From NCBI GenBank assembly GCA_000002435.2, contig CM018790.1: 64,000 nucleotides of DNA; one strand, given 5' to 3'. A program made the translations under genes and the position numbers. This document shows, one piece after another, positions 61,101 through 64,000 of this stretch. A model generated the notes under the pieces. The model was given only the letters and a program-made list of their open reading frames with translations, was not told the DNA's origin and did no database searches. This DNA is from Giardia intestinalis. Its lineage: Eukaryota. How positions within the stretch are numbered: position 1 is the stretch's first letter; each line of letters begins with the position of its first letter.

Positions 61101-63692
61101 CAATGCGCTACCCGTCACGTTGTATCTCTGCCTGTGCTGCCTCAGAAACTGCTGTGTCAAATAGAAACCTTGAAGGGCGATATGCAAGCGCTCGCTGATG
61201 TCCTAGCGAAATTTATTGGGCCCCTCATATCTGGCGCCATAGCTCTTCTCCGTACTGGATTTCACTGTCACGTAGATGATGACCAAAAGGAAACCGACAA
61301 TGACAACCAATCTGGCCTTGGACTCGGCGACGGAACAGGAGATCAGAACGTTTCTAAGGAAGCGGCAAAGGAGCTGTGCGAGGATGATCTGATGGGCAAT
61401 CAGAATGACCGTGATCAACAAGAACAGCAAGAGAAGGACGGAGACGATGAAGCCATAGAGATGCAGAATGATTTTGGAGGCATGTCAGAGTCGTTGCATC
61501 ATGACATTGAGGAAGAAGACTCTAACGGCTCAGATGAGGAGGAAGTGCTCGAAAAGGAGATGGGAGATGAGCAAGGTGAGGCCATAGACGAGCGCAACTA
61601 TAACGAGGATGATGACAGTGCCGAAGAATATTCGGATGAACAGAAGAAGAATACCAACAACAATAATGATACCATGGAGTTAGCTGCTCAAGAGAAAGAC
61701 CAGGATAGTATTAACAGCGAGCTGAGCGATCCATCTGGCGAGCAACATGAAGAACAGGCGGATGCCACAGGCAGTACCGATGAGCAGGCGCAGGAAGACG
61801 ATTATAATGACCTCGATGACAAGAATCTGTCAGGACAGTCAGACCTCAGCGTACCAGAAGCCGATGGAGAGGACGAAACAGTCAATGAGGAGCTTGAGGA
61901 AGAGCAACAACAAATGAGCGATCTCAGCAACCCTGACCAAGATGCGTGTGCTATCGAAGAAGATGATGACCGAGACTTGCCCAGTTCTGATGAAAACGCA
62001 GAGGAGCATGATGAGCATGAAGCCCCTGTGGACATTGATGACAATGAGGCCAGTGATGAGCAAAGCACCTATAACGATAACGATCGTGACGATGCAATTA
62101 ACATCAGTGCCCAACAACAAGCGACCAATGATGAAGAAGAAATGCAGAAAGATACAGAGTATGACCAGGAAAATATCACAGATAGTAATCCAGATGCCAA
62201 CGAAGTAGGTACGAATGATCAGAAGCAGACCCATGAAGATAACGATCAGTTCAGGCAAGAAAATATAGAGGATCAGTGGGAAGCAGAGAGTACGGAAAAC
62301 AGTCAAGGCGAAGGAGCGGAGAGTGCAGATTTGAAGGAGGGCAATCCAGATATGAGCCTAGAAGAGTTCCAGAGAATTTGGAAGGAGCGCTTAAACATCC
62401 ACGACAGGGAAAGTGAGAAAGATGAGGCTGCAGAGCCTCAGGACATGCCTCTTCAATCGAATAAGACCGTTGAGTTTGACGACAGTAAGAGCGGCCGCGA
62501 TGGTGCCCTGGGACTTACCGAATCAAAACACAGGAATCTCACCAACCAAGAGTTTGATAATCCAAATGAGGAGAGGAACGTTGAGCACAACAGCTCGTGC
62601 GAAACAAGCCAATCTTCGCATGATCGGCCGCCAGCAGAGCACTTGAACCCTGAAATATCCGATGAAGGAGAAGAAAGCAGTACTGCATCTGATAAGCAAG
62701 AACAAGCCGTGCTTTCTCACATGCGCGAATCGTCAAAGGACTTGCTCAACCCTGAAGGCGAGGTATACCAAGAGCTTGCCGTGTCATTGGCCTCTGAAGA
62801 GACTAAGCGGGCCCCTGAAGATGTGGCAGCTGCCAGTGCAAGAGGAAACCATCTTCTTCTTGATTTGATTAAGCAGACGTCTGCAGCGGCCTTCTCCCTG
62901 GCCGAACGACTGCGCATCATCCTTGAGCCAACGGTTACTTCAGACCTCAAAGGTGATTTCCGCACAGGAAAGAAACTGAATTTGAGAAGGATCATCCCGT
63001 TCATTGCCTCAGAATTTCAGAAGGACAAGATTTGGCTTAGAAGGACGAAGCCAAGCAAGAGAGTCTACCAGGTACTCCTTGCCGTCGACGATTCCAGCTC
63101 AATGGCACCTATTGCTAAGTATGCCCTCCAGGCTATCACGCTCCTCTTCAATGCCTGCAAATTCCTAGAGGTTGGCCAGCTTAGCGTCTTTTCTTTTGGA
63201 CAGAAGTTTGAGCTCCTTCTTCCGATAACTGATCAGTACAACGATGCATCTCTTGCGTATGCAATCGGGTCATTCACATTTGCACAGAATGAGACAAGGG
63301 TTTCGGACGCGATTAGCATCGCCTCTGATTATCTGGATAGTGTCCGTTTCTTCAAGGGTAGTGATAGTGCATTGCAGCTACTTCTTATGATCTCTGACGG
63401 AAGACTTAAAGAGAAGGGTGGAGTGGCCCGCGAGATTAGAAAGTGCATGGGTAGGGGTCAGCTGCCGGTGCTGATTGTTCTGGACACAGATAAGAAGAGT
63501 ATTATGGACATCAAAAGCGTAAGTTTTATCACAGATTCCTCCGGCAAACGCGTAGCACAGACGTCTATGTATCTCGACGATTTTCCGTTCCAGTGCTATG
63601 CTCTCCTCAGACACATTGAAGACCTTCCAGAGACCCTTGTCGCCGTCATCAAACGGTGGATAGAATCTGTATCCGTTTACAATGCTGTGTAA
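49185..63692 (+). CDS. MDN1: Midasin (MDN1/Rea1), about 4835 aa
   Basis: Six AAA modules with P-loops (CGPSASGRTAL, GPTGIGKTT, GTTSSGKTS, GVSGAGKTT, GDPGVGKSA, GSPESGKSS). A long D/E-rich linker. C-terminal VWA domain with MIDAS motif VLLAVDDSSSM. First ATG at 49185; the track starts on TTG at 49176. Confidence 0.9.
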   Translation: MSGYFTDLQNAEVLRAAESIVSSGQAVLLCGPSASGRTALLSHLASKLGAKPPIPLHLTTAQDTRDLIGSYVMTNKPGDFRFILGPLAYAAQSGRWISIEEITTISQDSLLLLSSVVNTRTLSVGSYQISVHPDFRIHAKTSADPALLSTIVKSMFYPLVLPPLGNHLFQVLTKHCNRGICTILAHIHVQFETHRLTAGRISASDMVKWARRIDLDLKNGGAVLNKAVQEASAGTAATTLVSWLDDNTRMVMIKNAWEAFVLRYSKEQTRRAFLDILRLSLNIHEELMLSTLLKIKVDIRHDYTQKRLVCGRVSLPFYESPDERSLDDICRTNHTTRLLEIISSAIRNNEPLLLVGPTGIGKTTCLQVIARALGKKLHVVNMSSQTDAADLLGGYVPATLDRILRNLYDAITGSLGLYISVRKNQIFVTELHKSYAEKDIAKFLANCETALSGMRQVLRKEVGEVVEQGSTEQRVSHDKKYARRGTYENSLYFLQSLGDTLEQATELHKILCHEVETKKPTMAFKYQEGLLVQALVKGDWILIDEINLASYDLLDVISQLVNPEHNEIAIPDKGFVAKNPHFRVFAAMNPGSDVGKKDLPPTIRRCFTEINVSEMSDDVDIVALTKSYLRMDDAMIEDRQGLDPNVVYQLFTVLKARAKTDLVTAAEAKSPCFSLRSLCRALSFAHRFRAAAGLRRSMYEGFMLAFGSMLNEKSRQAVHALILDKLLNGNKEYLLNPFIIQPFNKPCTAMIFQATTKDEAVTVEYQEPQAAHGFLEEEKSRARSTDYVLTKSTRSYMTTISRAIAAQLPILLEGTTSSGKTSLIKHIAKQFGCPITRINNHEHTDLSEYFGSYQPDPLTGQLVFKDGPLVTGMKQGHWVILDELNMASSEILEALNRLLDDNRELLVPDTQEIVRPAPGFLLFATQNPSGSYAGRKMLSEAFQNRFIMIEFADISTEELKEILINRSTSRHLAPQYCEKLITTIQAIKMQLSHRNNNAVMTNALITLRDLFRVADRLPRTLTELAMGIFELIGERQRDPADKQLVAEIIAKNLGLKTFSVSAAEQEYAIRVRPIQSMIEKALKAGADSPKSAFLLKFQDIVWTPSMIRLFALLFTSVSNGESPLLVGVSGAGKTTSVELIAAIMAQQLVQVNLHKHTESADFIGSLRPLRSRESMHAHLSVLKEYAATTTNVDKAVYAEIKRLETTLGTKLFEWEDGPILNCMKRGHILLLDEVSLADESVLERLNSVLETSRELTVAENPNMPRPVIAHTGFKLIATMNPAGDYGKKELSPAMRSRLTEFWMPHIRDINEVRMILTRKLQKTAIYRLGHQQGLDVVSLLADFFAEMDRITQSGRLGDVFTLSIRDILAVCDYITEVQTKEGTELGQMLIDAVTLSILDGLPVRTQLGNMPACREVKHEMVLYLANRILSANLTDIDLIQDLTVSISKDTNELTFLQASTQTVLATIPPGPQYNHAKALRKMTSFRLDAPTTIKNACRIAKALRFQRPILLEGDPGVGKSALVSAIAEICGYSLVRINLSEQTDLSDLLGSDLPAENGFRWVDGVLLKAVKEGAFILLDELNLANQTVLEGLNSLLDHRRSLFIPELMLSVKSPDTLRIFGTQNPRSQGSGRKGLPQSFINRFLNVYVDVLKSQDYDWILSNLFTDIPTYVLDYILGSTKQLRAGLEELKFGISGGPWELNVRDMMRLCDMLTTTPGLAQGITLAHAKHYAHILFGYRFRTADDDAYVQNVLFSPHSLDSVAEATQSHHWYSLRPLWNVTEDVVKIGSLAIPRIDPVFRDVLGTKLSYAHTSCFLTAQLVALEALAVAVTQNLSCILVGSPESGKSSILRTLADVVRQPLVHISASTATDVSDLIGAYEQVDVLYDLKSVIRDLCLFVHSLPIKASYSAISFSEFLKDLTASLDREIGDGLGSKSRAISMESIVSEVVQKLLLEFMAKFSPDLDSGGLAAKNFSLFCSEILTQDTTPVDERFSPHMPTIPELCKSMASLYLSTQQSQTGRFVWRDSELIRALERGYWVELTNANFCMPSVLDRLNSLLERGGGLEILEQGLEETRSIKVHPNFRLFISYAPTSDISRALRNRSLELSIDIQVSHYNLLDIVRCVYTSSTASGVSLDPYLIKLVSLVYFELSRDNPEIVGLGLLFKWLKLLVTYHKRFSTSVGDPKAVSSWVDRSFSSVFIASTLNADLHRQYMQVYQNARLALQGDGSLEACTLVEAAAVLNQLTLGAVRKLSISNSLQHSLALLELRTTVKPLDQLVSLADQEPQIMEPFSQVSGWLAICVGHSLDFQHHKELVSNLLTSTDINPMYLLTPPEPSSQALLKYISQGYLDMYSSPDSIIHQVIKYVSLCSPFYASILKLFIEGKFTTKDSYLLLYLIELSQHLATDPNNYDYVALFFSLFELLISHSIDPSTKTYSLGQRQVMRTFFDMILTDQYFESMPRLLSGYIRSLFISAARNDLETAWLAVRKNLALARISVHYLPELFKVFRYVIERLNLCISPEGVVFLQEGLSDSITASLWKDILATVIYMACRADDQTGDYVPKLAILQDSANRIDLCASKLSGNQHPTARALAQMQSLFLLFTGKAFCMQVSDTLEGWSQRDLTTQLPILLFRSMSFYHRNAAGPITYLRGPIFVSTGEFVTSSLSVPALLTNAIEEQATSVLKSLLCRSEDFLSYVGNVINSITTIVLRLFFAALEREAPSCDFTDGSFQLFALILETIVHSSNPLLASLTQGVEDILKAIISVQLSPSPLLLSGLVLTVASLVLYLLTSIANQRDPIVMTKHREVLYRRLAKLIATSIEDSKLHALFVFGDGALSESSSIYKELSTLYNSYAEAADQYAAELLVRADDEDNTFFEDLSSQLASLDGFEVHVLTFVSGVLNLEKVLQMHESTECIEAILDGLAVAERQISTTLAALLPRLINYTVESSYYLDMTIPIASFLMCLRVGLSAVISSVYAHVCDAINAARRLSSEGIGLQITLQDLLLLIQRVVVGTGDEFLDLLCYDKFIRSCCSSKTVSTLHVARLFTLSLLQYSSCSKGVQGDVSQFLLADTLRPERVSSIAAQFEIEEARSYRKYIADHSIFKTRNQSSTAEGVSEEDELKTQIAALFPKNDSHFIKSDTSSDDEQPISMSAQTKVDYDDAYATSFFTRMNMILIIGNCILHLYTSDTEALPIQERLQNLSSILQAHVPHLSRPLVALQAVTYALSICAGGVSSNLSIRSPLTPETDRLMYPLVTGATMGLVRVLSSRSPNVDYAKLQTGKTRRAIHCEDIYSRPYPYETAEFCSTLLRKIIVRTQHLLTEWPDNVQLLDIMHVCDKLMELPVLEAPLVMFLTGAEVLVRHLETWDKGAPAVYKYVTNPNVPVPESLTKSLIHLMVTWRRVELMSWNGFFSRVHTQFSNVSLTYWPELLIASLTYQRSVTQGEPSTEAYYAQMREFLYESNVGEFPVRLKLLYTLSALLSNIEELAEPELVSSPHKTMTSAVLFSIASEAVEFAKYMNKEFEEEAAQIKKRFEDQIRIFEWNERSSYTSWLTAQNSHRLCTKIIREYTEVLQHATRAFHMGYSATYDRIPLSVTVQEYLPLSSESGMLPPALSQELVERLNYCVEQMCHGRKESETLKRNEKNRLLSDVLDVLKETLGCVLSSGFAFKQSFGWKLAHLCLPSVHSTFELMHMFHDSLCQRCNEVEPHDIERMKRIIACLNQVFVQLSELVVELADIELLSRVMRTAPTGSSKSQADSVLYVYLADNSVPQLLTTQVMSHVTKAHKMCMSLQEFLIGLPLDSCKSSPTKLHEQIGGFLERFSADSVTALNRIKIFSKFSALIKRLCSITLIPLAFFEEAKAILQQILADLSPIFSALIAVLPTAPISTFVTEHAKYLAQVTEVIDTLTEQLAQCRVEEAATVSSIEWPYFALPFASVGEEGLSVEIIVDNAKKQVSAYMTAFFTSTLQPILQCATRHVVSLPVLPQKLLCQIETLKGDMQALADVLAKFIGPLISGAIALLRTGFHCHVDDDQKETDNDNQSGLGLGDGTGDQNVSKEAAKELCEDDLMGNQNDRDQQEQQEKDGDDEAIEMQNDFGGMSESLHHDIEEEDSNGSDEEEVLEKEMGDEQGEAIDERNYNEDDDSAEEYSDEQKKNTNNNNDTMELAAQEKDQDSINSELSDPSGEQHEEQADATGSTDEQAQEDDYNDLDDKNLSGQSDLSVPEADGEDETVNEELEEEQQQMSDLSNPDQDACAIEEDDDRDLPSSDENAEEHDEHEAPVDIDDNEASDEQSTYNDNDRDDAINISAQQQATNDEEEMQKDTEYDQENITDSNPDANEVGTNDQKQTHEDNDQFRQENIEDQWEAESTENSQGEGAESADLKEGNPDMSLEEFQRIWKERLNIHDRESEKDEAAEPQDMPLQSNKTVEFDDSKSGRDGALGLTESKHRNLTNQEFDNPNEERNVEHNSSCETSQSSHDRPPAEHLNPEISDEGEESSTASDKQEQAVLSHMRESSKDLLNPEGEVYQELAVSLASEETKRAPEDVAAASARGNHLLLDLIKQTSAAAFSLAERLRIILEPTVTSDLKGDFRTGKKLNLRRIIPFIASEFQKDKIWLRRTKPSKRVYQVLLAVDDSSSMAPIAKYALQAITLLFNACKFLEVGQLSVFSFGQKFELLLPITDQYNDASLAYAIGSFTFAQNETRVSDAISIASDYLDSVRFFKGSDSALQLLLMISDGRLKEKGGVAREIRKCMGRGQLPVLIVLDTDKKSIMDIKSVSFITDSSGKRVAQTSMYLDDFPFQCYALLRHIEDLPETLVAVIKRWIESVSVYNAV

Positions 63693-63725
63693 CGCATCTG
63701 CGCAACCATTTTAAGTAGAACACAC

Positions 63726-63998
63726 CTAGAATAGCACAGAAGCCGTGCCCATGGCAAGCAGCATTGCGACCGCAAGGGCTATAAGAGACAAGGAAGCGTC
63801 GACTGGAGTTCGCGCTATGGTACTGCTGAATTTGGTGGCCGTCCCTGGCCAGATGGCAGTGGGGGTGACTAGCTCTGGCACGGTCACTACTCCTTGTTCG
63901 AGCCTGGACGCCCAAAAGTCCTCCCCAGACACACGTGAACTGCCACAGAAGAGTTCATCTCCTACCAAGTTCATGTCATCCGGATATGCATTGAACAA
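63726..63998 (-). CDS. Unknown ORF with a hydrophobic C-terminal segment; may extend past the window edge
   Basis: ORF only. C-terminal LSLIALAVAMLLAMGTASVLF*. Converges on the midasin stop 34 bp away. No recognisable domain. Confidence 0.25.
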   Translation of the reverse strand: MFNAYPDDMNLVGDELFCGSSRVSGEDFWASRLEQGVVTVPELVTPTAIWPGTATKFSSTIARTPVDASLSLIALAVAMLLAMGTASVLF

Positions 63999-64000
63999 GA

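Noticed and set aside
1-64000. Telomere repeats (TAGGG)n, 5S rRNA, tRNAs, CRISPR-like arrays, transposon ends
   Set aside because: No TAGGG/CCCTA arrays, no direct-repeat/spacer arrays and no terminal inverted repeats seen by eye. I cannot run tRNA or 5S covariance models, so the absence of tRNA and 5S is not proven.

Overview
This window reads as a chromosome-end region of Giardia (diplomonad). Three things in the sequence support that call. Two cysteine-rich proteins end in the VSP tail 'CRGKA' followed by the VSP poly(A) element ACTTAGATAGTAAAC. Poly(A) signals of the AGTAAAY type sit a few nucleotides after most stop codons. The rRNA genes are miniaturised and about 75-80% GC (SSU about 1452 nt, very short ITSs, a tandem unit of about 5563 bp). 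Positions 1-16282 are rDNA only. One plus-orientation unit (1..5840) is joined head-on to about 1.9 minus-orientation units (5841..16282), which gives a roughly 5.56-kb inverted repeat around a 275-bp centre inside the LSU gene. The array ends abruptly at 16282/16283, inside a minus-strand LSU. Composition drops to about 50% GC within a few bp of that junction. Positions 16283-64000 hold 14 compact protein-coding genes: a NEK-type kinase with coiled-coil and ankyrin repeats, an intact VSP, a CMTR1-like cap 2'-O-methyltransferase, the N-terminal third of a dynein heavy chain whose ORF stops right after AAA1 (a split-gene candidate), a long MutL-family protein, EF-1alpha, a high-cysteine membrane protein, a Cid1-family nucleotidyltransferase, an FSH1/OVCA2-like serine hydrolase, ribosomal protein S11, a cyclin and a 4.8-kaa midasin. 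It also holds a run of decayed VSP gene fragments. All the long ORFs in the track that lie inside the rDNA are GC-composition artefacts. Several track ORFs start on GTG or TTG, so I moved gene starts to the first plausible ATG. rRNA ends are approximate (about +/-50 nt for LSU 3' ends and 5.8S).
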